Positions 10,931-25,084 of a DNA stretch of 64,000 nt are shown in pieces (the stretch's first letter is position 1; each line of letters opens with the position of its first letter). The translations under genes and the position numbers were made by a program. The notes beneath the pieces are model-generated. The model ran no database searches, had not been told where the DNA came from, and saw nothing but the letters and a program-made list of their open reading frames with translations. The DNA is from Octopus bimaculoides (lineage: Eukaryota). Location: NCBI RefSeq assembly GCF_001194135.2, contig NC_068981.1, forward strand, positions 136,292,752 through 136,356,751, given 5' to 3'.

Positions 10931-12817
10931 AATATATGTGTAGCCTGTTAAATTCAAGGCTACTAAGAATAACTGAACTGTGAAGAACCAACTTGAGATT
11001 GGTTGATACAATCAGCATTTTTTTTTGTAATAAGCTTGTCACTATGATGTAATAAGAGTAAAATTTACCTTGTTTTGGGAGAGGAAATGCCTGCAAAAAA
11101 GAATTACTAAGTAAATAATTTTTTTGTTGTTAGGTTTCCTTTGATGGTTCTTAAGACTAGTTTTGTCACATTTTTTTTATATACGCTTTCTTTCTTCTCT
11201 CTCTCTTACTTAGCCATAGGTAAATGCTTGAGTAAGCTAATGATCAAAGGCCATTTCAACTGTGGCCCATTCTATCCATTTTAGGATTAAGGATTACTTG
11301 GTGTCCTTTTTAAGACAGTCTGAAAGATGTGATTGAAGAAGTCTAATTTTAGCAGATTGAACAACTGCATAGAGGCTTTCTTGTTGGTCCTATCTGCACA
11401 CCTTTTGATTATATATCTGGGTGTGTATATATTGGGTGGCTCCACTGTTTAGATTTATTCTCTACTGATTTAATTTGTATTGAAAACTTAGGTTTGTTTG
11501 CCAGTAATATTTATAGGTTAGCTATTCTTGATATTTTTCATGTAATTTTAGAAAGGATAATCCTTCATATCAATAATCTTTACTTTTTTTTTAATGTTTT
11601 TTTTTCCCTGCTGGCATGATTTGGACAAGATCTTTTTTTAGGAAGTATTTTCATAGCCAAATGCTCTTCCTGTCATTAATCCTTACCTGCTTTCCATATA
11701 AGGTACTTTTTATTCCACTTGTCTTCGCATGTTTGAAATTACTGAGCTACAGGACTTATTGCTTTTGGAAAACCAAAACATAACATCTGTCCAAATGTTG
11801 TCCTATGAAGATATGCTAAAAATAAACACTTACACAAGCTTCTGTATAGTTTCCATTTACCAATTTCACTTACATGGCATTGGTCATTCTGAATCTATTA
11901 GATTCTATTCTGTGACACATAGGGGAAATATCTACTAAGACTACATAGTTACAAAATGAATTTCACTATCGCATGACTATGACCAAGCCTTGTAAACTGT
12001 TGTTATAAAGCAAATTGTTATCGCACAACCTTGAATAAATTTAGATATTTCATTTTATTGAAACGTAATTACTAATTTCAGAATTTAAAAAAAGAAAAAT
12101 CATTCATATATGTAGTTTTTATCACTGCTCAGTAGGTTTGCTGTCATCTTTCGAATTGGAATTTCTAAAGATATTCTTCATACAAATAGTCAAATAGTAT
12201 AGACATACACATGCATCCATAGATATGTACACTCACATAAATAAGCACGCACAAATACATACATGCACACGAGAGTATGTATATACAAACGTGCATCTAT
12301 ATAAATAATCACTAAAATTAGTTATATTACTGTCATTTTGTCAAATGTATTGCTGCTTGGAATTATTGTCTGGCTTTAATAATATTATTCTTGTATGATT
12401 CTATAGGTTATGTGGCATCATTAATAGAAAAATTGATTTGGTAGACTAATAAAAGGTTAAGTGGTTTCAATAGATATATAAAAAAAACATCAAAAGTATG
12501 ACTGTTTAGCAGATTTAAACGTATCGGTCTTCATTTATCTAAGAATGTATTTTTAAGCTTTATCATCCAAATCAACGTAGCAGTGAGTGTTGTCATTATT
12601 TGTGGTCGAGTCAAGAAAGAATTCCAAGTCAATGGATAAATCAATCTTTTAAGGAAAATTAGATTATCTTCTATTCATCGAGATTCAAGTGATTCATAAA
12701 GAAATTACTTGTAGAGCTGCAGGGCATTGGAAAGAAGTATGCCATTTGTGGTGTATTGTTGATCATTGCTTACTGAATGTCTAAAAGAGCTTGTTTGCAC
12801 AGCTGGTTCTCCAGTTC

Positions 12818-12818
<1 letters not shown>

Positions 12819-12878
<60 letters not shown>
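12819..12878. repeat. (CA)n microsatellite
   Basis: Direct reading. Similar tracts at ~18799, 21294, 55248-55343. Confidence 0.95.
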
Positions 12879-12882
<4 letters not shown>

Positions 12883-14269
12883 TATTCACATTGGATAAGG
12901 GAGAATTGCATTACCTTTCTCTTTAAGCAAACTCATTGAAAGCACAAATGCAAGGATAATTTAACAAATAGAAAAGGTTTGCTTTTTGTTTTTGTTTTTT
13001 GAATTCTAGATTTAGCTTTTGGTTAAAAGTTAATAGTATATGTGGAGATTATAGAAACTGTGGTTCCTTATGGAGTGAATTGAAAATGATACAATGAATA
13101 GAATCAGGCAATAGATTTAAAATAGATAGCTCAGGTACTGGAAAGTAACTTCTAATTAATTTCTAATATTATTATTTAATGTCATTTTCCTTGCTGGCAT
13201 GGATTGGGAGGTTTGACAGGAGTCGGTGAAATGTATGTTCTAATGTCTGCTTTGGCATGGTTTCTATGGTTGAAATACCCTTCGTAATGCCATAACAACA
13301 GCATGAATTAAATTTACTGTTGGTTGACTGAGCTACTATTAAATGGCAAATACTTGCTTAGATGTTTAAGAACAATTGTGATGGTGAATGTAAATGAAAA
13401 CGTTTTGGTGTGTAAAGTAACAAGCAAGCAATTGTCAGTTTTGGACTGAATTCCATGTCTGTTTTTTCTTTGTTCTGACTCTCTACTCTGAGGTCAACTT
13501 TACCATTCATTCTTTAGGTCTTGGTAACTTATCAGTCTTAAGTTGTCTTCTGTCACCCTTTCTTTCTTTCTCTGATATCAGCCATGGTTAGACTTGACAA
13601 GGGATGGGCTCCATCAAGTTACAAATTGCTCAAGACATTTATGAAAACACCTATTACTCTATCAGCAGCTGAAGGCCCACAGTATGGCAACAACAACCTT
13701 CGTAAATTTTTTAATATTTCAACAAAAGCATACATATTTTCTGCATTTGAATTTAATTTACCAGCGACCATAAATAATTGTACTTAGTTCTTTAAGCTAA
13801 ACAACTACAACTTAAAGCAAATAATTTGGTTCAGTTGTCTACAAAACCTGCTCAGATACATGTTTCTTTTACTCCTGGTACACAACATATTGGAGAGAAG
13901 CTTCTTTTGAGTGATTTTTGTCTAATTTTCTGCATTCAAAGCAATTAGATCATAGACTCTTCTGGAAAATTATTTATTGATCTGCTGAATAATAAATACC
14001 AAATGCTCAATATTTTCTATTTAGTTTTAATATTTAATTTCTTTCTAATGATTGCACATGATATTCTAGTGACTGCAGTTAATAGTCGAAGTACAATGTT
14101 GGACAGCATTTCATCTCTATAATTTACCATTTCTATTTTTTTTTTTTTCCTAGAGATAAACTGTTCTTATATCATTTGTATTTATGAATTTTAGACAATA
14201 GTGAATGTTTGTATAGCTAATTATAGTATTTAAAGAGACAATTGAAAATTGGTTTGAGAGATGGCATTT

Positions 14270-15750
14270 TATGCATGCTCCTTTTACATTTATGCTAGTT
14301 TCAATCATTGGACTGTGGCCATATGAGGGCACACCTTGAATTCAGTCAAATAAATCCTAAGTTATTTTTTTTTTTTTGCCTCAGTTTTACCAAATGATTA
14401 AGGTCTTGTGAGCTGGTGATGTGGAGGGCTTGTGAATTGGTGACATGTCATATAAAGACATAGAATGGAGAACATGTATACACACACACACACACACACA
14501 CAGCCTTTCGCATAGTTAGTTCAAGTCTATAGATGCATGTCCAAAATGTTGCATTGTGTGACTGAACCTGAAACCACTTTGTTTTGAACCAAACTTATTA
14601 ATCACACAGCAGGGAAGTAAATGAGAATTTAGCATGGAATATTGGTTTGTCTGTTGATATAAAAATGATTCAATGGGTGGTATTTATGTAAAATCTAGGG
14701 AAATAATTATTGAATCAAAAAATGGTTCATGAATTGAACAGTATTCCATATATTGAAATTGAGTAGCTTTCATATTTTAGTTGAATGTAGCCCACTAGCC
14801 ACTTTTCTTCCCCATCATCTCTTATTTGATGAACATAATTATTTATACTGGTGTGTGGGGGGGGGGTGCGTGTGCGTGCGTGTGCGTGTGTGATAGCATG
14901 GAAATGTACGTTAAATGATAGTGTCTGTTTGAGTCCCACTTTTCCATAGTTACATAGGTCAGTTTGAAGCAGATATTCTATGGCTGGATGCTCTGCCTGT
15001 TACCAACCCTCACCTGTTTCCAAACAGTTAATATTTCCTCACAACCAGGCATGTTCGTGCAGGATATTGGAAATGGCACTGATTCTATGATAGTGGCAAT
15101 AATTTACAACTAAAGTGGCGATGTTAAAGCACACATATGCATGTTTCCATTTGCCAGATCCACTCACAAGGCTTTCGTTGGCCCAGAGCTATAGCAGAGA
15201 AGACACCCAATGTGCCACACAATGAGACTGAATCCAGAACCCGTGGTTGGGAAGCGAATTTCTTGTCACACAGAAGCAGCACAAATACTCCATCAGTTGT
15301 CAATTTAAGGATATTTGTGGTTTTGATGCCTTAAGACATTGCTACTAACTTCAATGGATTCAATTGCCAGATATGGCTGCTAGGGATTGATGCAATAGAT
15401 AACACACACAAACTAATGAGAAGAAAAATGTAGTTAAGTGACTGGAACAGAAAGCATGGAAAAAATTTCATTAGAACAAAATGTGTGTGTGTGTGCATGG
15501 TGCATATTTGTGTGTGTAATATGCACAGTGCTTGTGCCATGTAAAAAGCACTGCTCACCTCGCCTGTACTTGTGCCTCGTAAAAAGCACTAAGCCCACTC
15601 TGAGTGGTTCGTGTTAGGAAGGGCATCCAGCTGTAAAAATCCTGCCAAAGCAGTCACAGAAGTCTGGGCCGGCTTTGGCCTGGCCAGCTCTTGTGGTACT
15701 GTTCCACCCATGCTAGCATTGAAGACAGATGTTAAACAATGATGATGATA
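14270..15750. mobile_element. Cluster of SINE remnants (- at ~14270-14600 and ~14945-15285; + at ~15520-15750)
   Basis: Recurrent SINE tail, head and atgctagcattgaagacagatgttaaacaatgatgat blocks. Confidence 0.7.
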
Positions 15751-16942
15751 GTCATCCTGCATATATGTAGTGTATGTGTGTACACAAACAACTTTTGTTA
15801 CTCTTTCAGAATTAAAATACTGACTACTCACTATATTTTTAGTTTGCTTGGGCCATGGTGTCCCATATATGACTGAAATGTGAATCATGATCTAAAAGAC
15901 TTCACCAGGTGGTGCTGTTAAGTTAGACATGACTTGGGCCAATGCTGGCTGAAACCTATCGAAATCATTAGTTAGATGTAATTTTCCTTTTGTTTTTATT
16001 CCTCTTGTCTCCCCCCCCCCTCCGTACTACTCAGCTTCATATTATATCTATATACTCTATACTTTGTCTTTTATGTATTTTTGTGAAGTATATCTTGAGC
16101 ATAGACATGCCATGAATGTCTATCCATAAATACATAGTATTGTATAATAGTCAATGACCCTTGAAGTGATGATGGATTACTATGTTACTAGTGTTTATAC
16201 ATTAGTTTCTACACACTTTAACATCACTGTGACAAAAACAAAAAACAAAAGCCCACTTGACAGCCATTGTAATTCCGGAAATTGAGTCCTGTATTTGCTT
16301 GGTTTTTATGGCAATTTCTTTATTTTAATTTTTCTTTTTTTATTCAATTACATTAAAAAAAAAACTCTTTGGTTCGTTTTCATGTAGGGACACCAATTGG
16401 AGGCATTGTTGATGTGCTACCATACATTGTCAGAAGACAATACAGAGTATATGCATTGTACTTTGGGAAAAGCTTTTATTTGAAGTATAGTGTGTGACTG
16501 ACTGACTGCTATACATTCAGGAATATTAAATTACTAGCTAGATAATGGCATTTAGTGGAAACATTTGTTTACCTAAGCATTGTGCATATCTGTACATATG
16601 CGTGTGCATGCATACACACTTAAGCGTGCACACTCACATATTTGGTAGAACAAGCAAGTGAAACAGAACTCAATGTATACTTAATTTTCAATCGGTAGAA
16701 ATTTATAGAAGTAGCTCAAGGGCCATGTGTTTCATTCACAGCACTTATCAAACTCCGCATCCTTTGTCATTTAACTTTCTGCCAATTAGAAATAAAATTT
16801 GTGTATGCATGCATATATATATATATCTTCTGAAGAAGAGCTTTGCTTGAAACATGAAACCACCTTTCTTTCCTTCCCTGAGCATCTGCTAATACTTTAC
16901 ATGTATCACGTCCTTGTGTTGTTTTTTGTGTGTTCATTTTTT

Positions 16943-16980
<38 letters not shown>

Positions 16981-17235
16981 TTCATAGTTGGAATGATATC
17001 TTTGGAGTATTGATTGCTATAGCCAGATTCTTACTCTATGGAATGGTGCATTGCAATCGATCTCTCACTCACAATGCTTACGTATTCTGGTTAAGCTGAA
17101 AATGATTATGTAAATCCCCAAACCCATTCTTAGGTGATTAGATGATCTGCTAATAAAGTTTGTTAAAGTAATGAGCATTTCTGGGTTTCACAGTAATTGA
17201 ACATAGTTTATTTTTCCCAATAAATCATTAGTATA

Positions 17236-17305
<70 letters not shown>

Positions 17306-18824
17306 TATATGACATGTACAGAATTCTCTTTAGATAATTTTTGTTCTGAGTAATCATTGTAATTATTTTCTTGCTAGGACAGTATTTTTTTTTAATACTT
17401 TTGCATATAACAGGGCTGCAATATTGCTAGCCATTTATAATTTTATTTAAAAGTAATGAAAAGGAATTATGTAATTTCTCTCCAAAGAAAATTAGGAAAT
17501 GTTTCCATTCATAATATACTGAAGTTAGTGTAAAACATACTATAAAACATCTACTATCCTATCCAGTAATTTTCATATTTTCAGTTATCTATAGAACATT
17601 TAATGCTTTCATTTTGCTTTCAAAGTTTACATTGAATTATAGGTTATTTGAAAAATTGTCAAATTGTGTAGCTTTTCACAAATAGATAAAACTATTTGAA
17701 ATCAATTGCAGTTATTAATCATGAAACACATCAAAAGCAGATTCTGAAGTCATTTTAAATGTATAACTCATGCTTTATGAACTTTTAAATTGACATCAGA
17801 TGAAATTGAGAATTAGTATATAATTGGAGATAGATTTCCCATTTTGATTTACTTTGAATATAGATGCATCAATAACATTAATATCCTTCTCTAAAAATTA
17901 TGAATATGTTCAGGGTGTTTTTCTCTAAGAAGTACATAAAATTGCTCCCTCAGTATTTTACTTGTGGTAAATTTCTTGTAGAAAGTTGAAATTGTAAAGA
18001 GTTGAACTTTGGAACTAGATACTAAAATGCATAAATCATTTCACCTGACACATAATTACTTGCTCATATATATGTACCATATTTACCTTTGTAATATATT
18101 GATCAAAATCTTTTCATGTGTTTGTATTCCTTAAAATCCATTGTAAAGCAAATATTTCAACTATTGTACTGTTGAACAAAAGGTTTTCTTTTTTTGCCTA
18201 AAATCACTTCCACTGCATTTCTTATTTCTTGTCTCTGCTCTATCAATGCAAGGGAATTATTTTTCATGTTGTACAATAACTTGCAAGCAAACACATCCAT
18301 ACAAAAACATGTAATGAATATACAAGATTTAGACACAAAGCATATGTATGAAAAATGGAAAAAAAAAAGCAATACATACATTTAAGGTGTGTGTGTGTGA
18401 GATCATATATTTGTTTTCAGTGCATGTATATGATAGCTGAATCTATTACATTTTAAACACGTTAAACATCTTCATTGCTTGTGCCAATTAGATCATGAAA
18501 AACACAGCAGTCATTCAAAAACACAACTTCACTTAAATACTTCTTTGGTGTCAGTTTTCATTGCACTAATTGAGACCTGGTCACTGACATGATTCCATTG
18601 CAACTGGTTTGTGGTGAGGCTTGTAGTTACTGTATCCATGGTTCAGGGTTATAAATATTTTTTCTTATGTGTAGGTTAATTGTTTTGGATGTCATTGCTT
18701 AGTGTTCTTAATGAGTCATTTAACTCGGTATTTGATTCTAATTCATATATCTTCACCCTATCTCAGGCCAACTCACTTGCCAGACAAGTCCAACTTACGT
18801 GTGTGTGTGTGTGTGTGTGTGTGT

Positions 18825-19420
18825 AAAACAAAGCCAAATCTTTGAAATCACTCTCAATGCTATTATTTAAAAATAATACTTTTCTACCCTGCAAAACTTT
18901 CGAGTAACCCATCAGATTAATGTAAAATTATTATAACTGAACATAAAAATGAAAACTCGTATCACATGGTATATATATTTATATATATAAAATCATAACA
19001 CCAACCACCTTAGAGAGAACTGGGTGCTTTTGCATGGCACCAACAAGGTCTGTTTTTGCATTGGACCCTCTAAGTTTGATAACTGATTTATAATCATAAA
19101 AATGTTTTATCACTATCATCATGAATAGTAAAACACTTAATTTTATAATTTATAAGCCAGTTATCAAAATTGGAGAGAGTGCAATGCCAAAACAGACCTC
19201 ACTGGTGCCATGTGTAAAGTACTTAGCCTACTTTGTAAAGTGGTTGGTATTAGGAAGAGGGACATCCAGCCATAAAAGGCATGACAAAACGGACAGAGGC
19301 ACTTGGTGCTGTCTTCTCCCTAGCCAGCTCTTGTCAAACTGTCCAACTCATGCCAACATGGAAACAGATGTCAAATGATGAATGTTCATCTGGAAAGGCT
19401 TTGTCTACATGTTATAATTA
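18825..19420 (+). repeat. Local duplication copy A (partner at 21569-22190)
   Basis: Near-identical over ~600 bp, including the twin ORFs MPKQTSLVPCVKY... at 19121 and 21958. Confidence 0.92.
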
Positions 19421-20180
19421 AATGGAAAAATGCGATCATAAAGAGTCATTCTTAAGATTATAAAGCTGGAAAAGTACAGGACAAGTTATTACAAAGTATA
19501 AGTCAGGCTATTACTTCTAGTAAATTAAAGAATAGGAAACTTTTTACTTAAAATATTGCAGCAACGAATGCCACTTCTTCTAATTTATCGCTCTTTACAT
19601 TTCTCATCTTTGAAATTTATTGTACAAAACTGTTCAGCTAATTTGTGAGTTTGTCTAATTAGTCACTTTTTTATGTATTTAAGGTAGTAAATTAGCCAAA
19701 TTCTATTTAAATAACTAGTGTTATTTGTAAACTATAATAAAATGTTTTTTTTAACTTTAGCTGCAATATTTTAAGTAAAAAGTTTCTTATTCTTTACTTT
19801 ACTAGAAGTAATCTTATCCTATACTTTTACAGGTGTAATAACTTGCCCTGTACTTTTCCAGGTTTATAATCTTAAGTATGACTTTTCATGCTCGCATTTT
19901 TCCATGTAATCTATGATTTTTCCAGGCATTGCTGTTATAAGAAAATAATGTCAATTATTTAAAATTTTACCTCATAGAATACTAAAAGATAATATTTCAA
20001 TTTTTCCATGTAAGTGATGATAATATATAAATTAAACACAAAAAGAATTGAAATATGTTGTGATTGAATTATTTGATATTACCCATCCACACCAAATTAA
20101 TGGCAGATATTTTTACCATCTTGGTTGCACCATGGCTCAGCAAAAGTTACAAACAAGATCCCAAAACCATCAGTTACCAG

Positions 20181-20618
20181 GCTCACCTTAAGTAACCTAA
20201 TTTTGCAATATTATGTCACAAGAATTCATTCAACGCAAAAAAAAAAATTTCCAATGATTCCAGGATTGAGGAGGGGACCCCCGCCTCATTTTTTCTGAAC
20301 CAAAATAAGGGATTTGCAGCATATTAGGAAGTCAGGGTACTTGATTACATGCAAAAAATTGAATTATTTTTTTTTCTTAGTGAAAATTGTGCAGGGGTTA
20401 ATATAGAAATTGCCCATAATGTTATTTAGCCTCAAATCAACCCTAATGCTGCAAACATATCATCAAAGACCTTCCGACCTTCAGCAAACTGTCTTTTTAG
20501 GGATAATCTAGGACATTACATACAATGGCCATATGATTTAGGTAGGGGGATATTTTGACTTCTATTTTTAGCGTGTCGAGCAACCAGGTAGAGGCTCCTT
20601 CATTGGTGCGAGGTGAGT
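20181..20618. mobile_element. Probable non-autonomous DNA transposon-like insertion
   Basis: GC/CpG-richer than its flanks; bounded by short inverted ends ctcacct (20182-20188) and aggtgag (20611-20617). No TSD identified. Confidence 0.35.
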
Positions 20619-21290
20619 TTTTTTTTTTACACATATATGTAATATGTATATATATCATTGGCAGAAGTTAGAGGAAATCAAAAGCTGAGAGTTTTGTGTA
20701 TTGGCACTTATCAAACCTGAATTTGTCCATTGTCACCCTGTAACTTCTGATGAAATAACTTCTGAAATACAGAATTTTGTCAAAAAACGTTAATAGTAAA
20801 TTCTGTTCTATGTGACACATTCTAACCAGTATCGGAAGTTTGAAAGTGTTTAGTTAAAAAAGATTAATCAAATAATCTGTACGTCAAAGTCAACCTCAAC
20901 TGTTTTTCTAATTTTTGTTCAATGCAACTAACGATTCTGAATTCCTCGTGCATGTTTCAATCATTTAAGCCTAAGAAAAGTATACTTTTAATTTAAAATT
21001 TAAAAAATTTATGTTAATTGAAGATGAATTTCTGCCTTACTGCCCACCTTGAGGTCTGACATATCTTGATGTAGCTTTTTTTCTACTGAGCCAAATCTCA
21101 ACCTATTTATGCAAAAGTGTAGCTGAGGAGGTGTCTTCTTTAAAACTATTAACAGTTTGCAATTTATTTGAGAACTGAATTAGTGGTGAATCTTGGAAGA
21201 TGCTGCGATTGATGAAATGGTGGACTTAAGAATATATTCAACCACTATTGTTTTGTCTTTGAATCGTCAGGCTTTAAATATACATACATA

Positions 21291-21338
<48 letters not shown>

Positions 21339-21568
21339 TCAATAAGACATTCAATACTTCATTTCATTTTACTATTTATATTATATATTCCATATTCTAT
21401 ATCCTTCATTAATTTTATAAGAATATAAATAAAACATAAAAAACAGAGTTGGAACTCTTTTAAATAATATATTCCTCTATACACGATCATACAAAACCCT
21501 TTATATTTTTTTAATTTTTATTCATATACATATATATATATATTGTGTGGTGTGCTGTTCTGTAGTAT

Positions 21569-21715
21569 AAAACAAGGCAGAAACTTTGAAATCGCTCTCA
21601 ATGCTATTATTTAAAAATAATACTTTTGTACCCTGCAAAAGTATAGAGTAACCCATCAGATTAATGTAAAATTATTATAACTGAACATAAAAATGAACAC
21701 TCATATCACATGGAT

Positions 21716-21761
<46 letters not shown>

Positions 21762-22190
21762 ACCAACAACCTTTGAGAGGACTGGGTGCTTTTGCATGGC
21801 ACCAACACGGGCTGTTTTCGCATTGGACCCTCTAAGTTTGATAACTGATTTCATCATCGTTATGATTTATAATCATAAAAATGTTTTATCACTATCCTGG
21901 ATAGTAAAACACTTAATTTTATAATTTATAAGCCAGTTATCAAAATTAGAGGGTGCAATGCCAAAACAGACCTCACTGGTGCCATGTGTAAAGTACTTAG
22001 CCTACTTTGTAAAGTGGTTGGTATTAGGAAGGACATCCAGCCATAAAAGGCATGACAAAACAGACAGAGGCACTTGGTGCTGTCTTCTCCCTAGCCAGCT
22101 CTTGTCAAACTGTCCAACTCATGCCAACATGGAAACAGATGTCAAATGATGAATGTTCATCTGGAAAGACTTTGTTCACATTATAATAAA
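21569..22190 (+). repeat. Local duplication copy A'
   Basis: Matches 18825-19420 with scattered substitutions, a different (TA)n length and a short insertion. Confidence 0.92.
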
Positions 22191-22399
22191 CAACTTTCAT
22201 TTTGTCTTTGAATCGTCAGATTTTAAATATACATACATATAGTGTGTGCACACATGCATGTGTAACTTGTGAAGTTAAGATATTCTCTGAATATAGTAAA
22301 CCTCCTTGCAAAAAGATAATTTAACCAGTTACTGTGAAAATTATTACACAGCAAAATGTTGTGTAATCCTAAAGAATCTAGTGTGAGAGTATTTGACTG

Positions 22400-24400
22400 A
22401 TAGGCTGGCAAATGTTACACAAGAATTTACTCCTTTTTGTTTCTTTTATGTATTGCCTACTCTTTGCCTTTTTTCTCCTACTCTTGTTGTGGCCCTTGCT
22501 TCTGAGTTAGCTTCTGAGTTAGTTTCTCATATCATACTATACCACTTATGTATTCCCAACTTATCTCTCTGCTTTTCATCATCCACTTTATGTCCATCCC
22601 TTACCTGCATCCTGTACAAGTCCCTTCCCAATTCATCCTTCCCAGGATGTTGGCTTTCTTGAATTATGTTCCTGCACATTTTTTCTGCATCTGTCAACTT
22701 AAAATGTTGAACTTTAATAGCACTACTCTCGCTTCTCTTAACATGATTGTAAAGGTTATATGCACATCCACTTCATCCAAACTAAATATAAGTTTGATCT
22801 AATAACTTCAATGAACCTTTAAATTAGGTTTAGATCATTGATGTGGTTATATGCTTTGATAAAATATGCAGATTACTTCATAGAAATCATTTATTCAGCT
22901 TTTGTCTTTATTACTTTAGTTTCTTTTTTTTTCTTTTCTTTTTAATCTCAAAGTAACTGATTTTCTGGATGTTACAGAAGCAAATTTTTCCAATGATTCC
23001 TGACAACTTCTGTAAATAATCAAATCAATTATTGGAAAGATAAACAATTTAAGTGTTTATATTTGAAAACTAAAATCCATTACAGACACTATGAAAAAAT
23101 TAAATTCTTTTGGAGTAGTACTTTTTTATTTCTGAAGAAAATATAAAAAGGTAAAAAAACTATCAGCAAAAATTCTCATCAATCTTTCATATTTACATCA
23201 TTTATTCACTCATCTTATTTCATCAGAATTGCCTAGATATTTTTGGTTTTTCCTTTTTATCTGTAAATCATCAAACATGAACAATACTTAAGTATAATAT
23301 TCGTTCTTTTCAATTTCATTTCATCACATGTTGTTTTGCTTCATGTTCTTACTTTGTTTCAAGCACATAATATGTATTGATTTAACTCTCTCAAGTGTTG
23401 GCTGTATTTTATAAAATGCCTGGTTTGTATTAGCTAAGCCGTTGTGGGATGTATTTACTCAATGCATTTACCAGCTGAGAAACTTGCGTATTCTCTTTGC
23501 TATTGATAATTATTTTTTCCCTTGTTAGATTAATAAATTTCATAACGTAACACTTAGACACACACTCACACACACTCCATATGGTTTTTTTCATATATTT
23601 CAAAAGCATGTTTGCATGTTGAATAGGCTAAAATTCCAATGTTTTTTCCTCTTTCTGTTGATTTTCATGAGATGTTAGTGGGAAGATTGGGGAAAAGTTA
23701 GAAATTCTGGCATTTTCAACATAAATAAATGGAAAATCTTTCCCAACTGAATTAGTGCCTTTTTTTTCTTTCTCCCCATGATATTTAATAACCAACTGAT
23801 TGTCTTTTTGTTTGTTCTTTAGCAATACAAAGAACCCAAAATAGCATATATTCTTTTCCCTTAGCATATTCTTAAGGATATTTGTAGATTATTAAAGGCT
23901 TTGGATAAAGTCCTTCTGGTTTTAATTTCACAGTAATTGTTGCAAACTTGGTTTATATTATTTTTTTCATTCTTTATGACTTTTGCATATTCTTTGCATT
24001 TCTGGTCAGCAAATATTTGAAGAGCAGTTTTACATTTTCTTTTCACAATTTTATCTTTTCTTGTCTGTTATGATTTGGTTTTGAGTAAAAAGTATAAAAT
24101 TATACAGAAAAAGGTTTCAAAGAAATATCTGAATATGAAACGGAACAAATAGAAGTTTCTAGAGTCAGTAACTACAATTTGCTTTAAGAATTTTGTGTTC
24201 TTGTTCAAGATTTTTATTTTGTTTTTTCTGTAATTTTGAAAAATATATTTGTAAATAGTTTTCCTACTTTCATAATTTTAATGCTCTCTCTTCCCGATTT
24301 TACAATTGACTTAGTGAATTTATTGACTCTGAATCCCTTTCGAATTACCTTCTTGCTTGTCTTTTCTCCATTCTGCAACAATTCAAATTAAATATTTAAT
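22400..24400 (-). mobile_element. Possible highly decayed LINE remnant
   Basis: Strong A-rich - strand skew. Broken frames such as KIVKRKCKTALQIFADQKCKEYAKVIKNEKNN resemble the LINE ORF2 linker. No diagnostic motif. Confidence 0.3.
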
Positions 24401-25084
24401 CATGCTAACATCAGTCTTAAAAATAGTCCACATAAACATATGCACTCGCTTGCTCACTCCTCTCTGGACTCTTTAAACTAAGGAAATGATGATGTAGACA
24501 AGTGATGACAATGTTTCTGATTTATATTGAAGGCTTGCAATTTTGAGAGAAGGGTCAATTGGTACCATAGATCCTAGTACTTCACTGTAAAGAGATGGCA
24601 TTTTTCTGGCACTCTGATTTTTCCAGCTCAATGCCTTAATAAAATATAAACTGTGATATTTGATCTTCAACTTGAAGTTAGGCATGTATTGAATCTGTGT
24701 TTATTTTCTTTGTGTCTTGACTTAAAATACACATTTTTCCCCCTTAACATTATTTCATATAAAATTAGTGACCTAATACAGAATAATTGAATAAATAATT
24801 GTTGTCTTTGACTCAATTTCTGATATAATCTAAGGAGTAACCCATTTCCTGTTATTACAAGTGGTGTTACTCTGAAGAATTGTCATTTGGCTTATGAATT
24901 TTTTTTTATTTTTGATTAGTTGAAGAAATATGTAGATTAGAGATTAAGTAGAATTTTATGTGTGCATGCGTGTGTGTATGCGCGCGTCTACTTCACGCAT
25001 GTACACTCTCACACACTTCTAAATTTGAAGTTTTTACACATGAAATTAAACTTCATGTTATTTAAGTGTACTTTCATTGAAGTA

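Noticed and set aside
13582-13787. Acceptor followed by ORF MVRLDKGWAPSS...
   Set aside because: No recognisable homology, no good donor and no phase link to the supported exon.
20750-20800. CTGATGA...GAAA hammerhead-like string (similar case near 40760-40790 on the - strand)
   Set aside because: Stems I-III do not form, or the GAAA core is broken.
19121-22149. Twin ORFs MPKQTSLVPCVKY...
   Set aside because: They lie in duplicated SINE sequence; the identity reflects the local duplication, not a gene family.
22600-22690. Minus-strand ag...gtaagg segment reading DAEKMCRNIIQESQHPGKDELGRDLYRMQ
   Set aside because: Isolated, with a poor pyrimidine tract, inside an A-skewed probable LINE remnant; no partner exons found.
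24481-24625. Possible C/D box snoRNA (ATGATGA ... CTGA with a weak terminal stem)
   Set aside because: Internal boxes are in the wrong order and I see no 10-nt or longer rRNA/snRNA guide complementarity.
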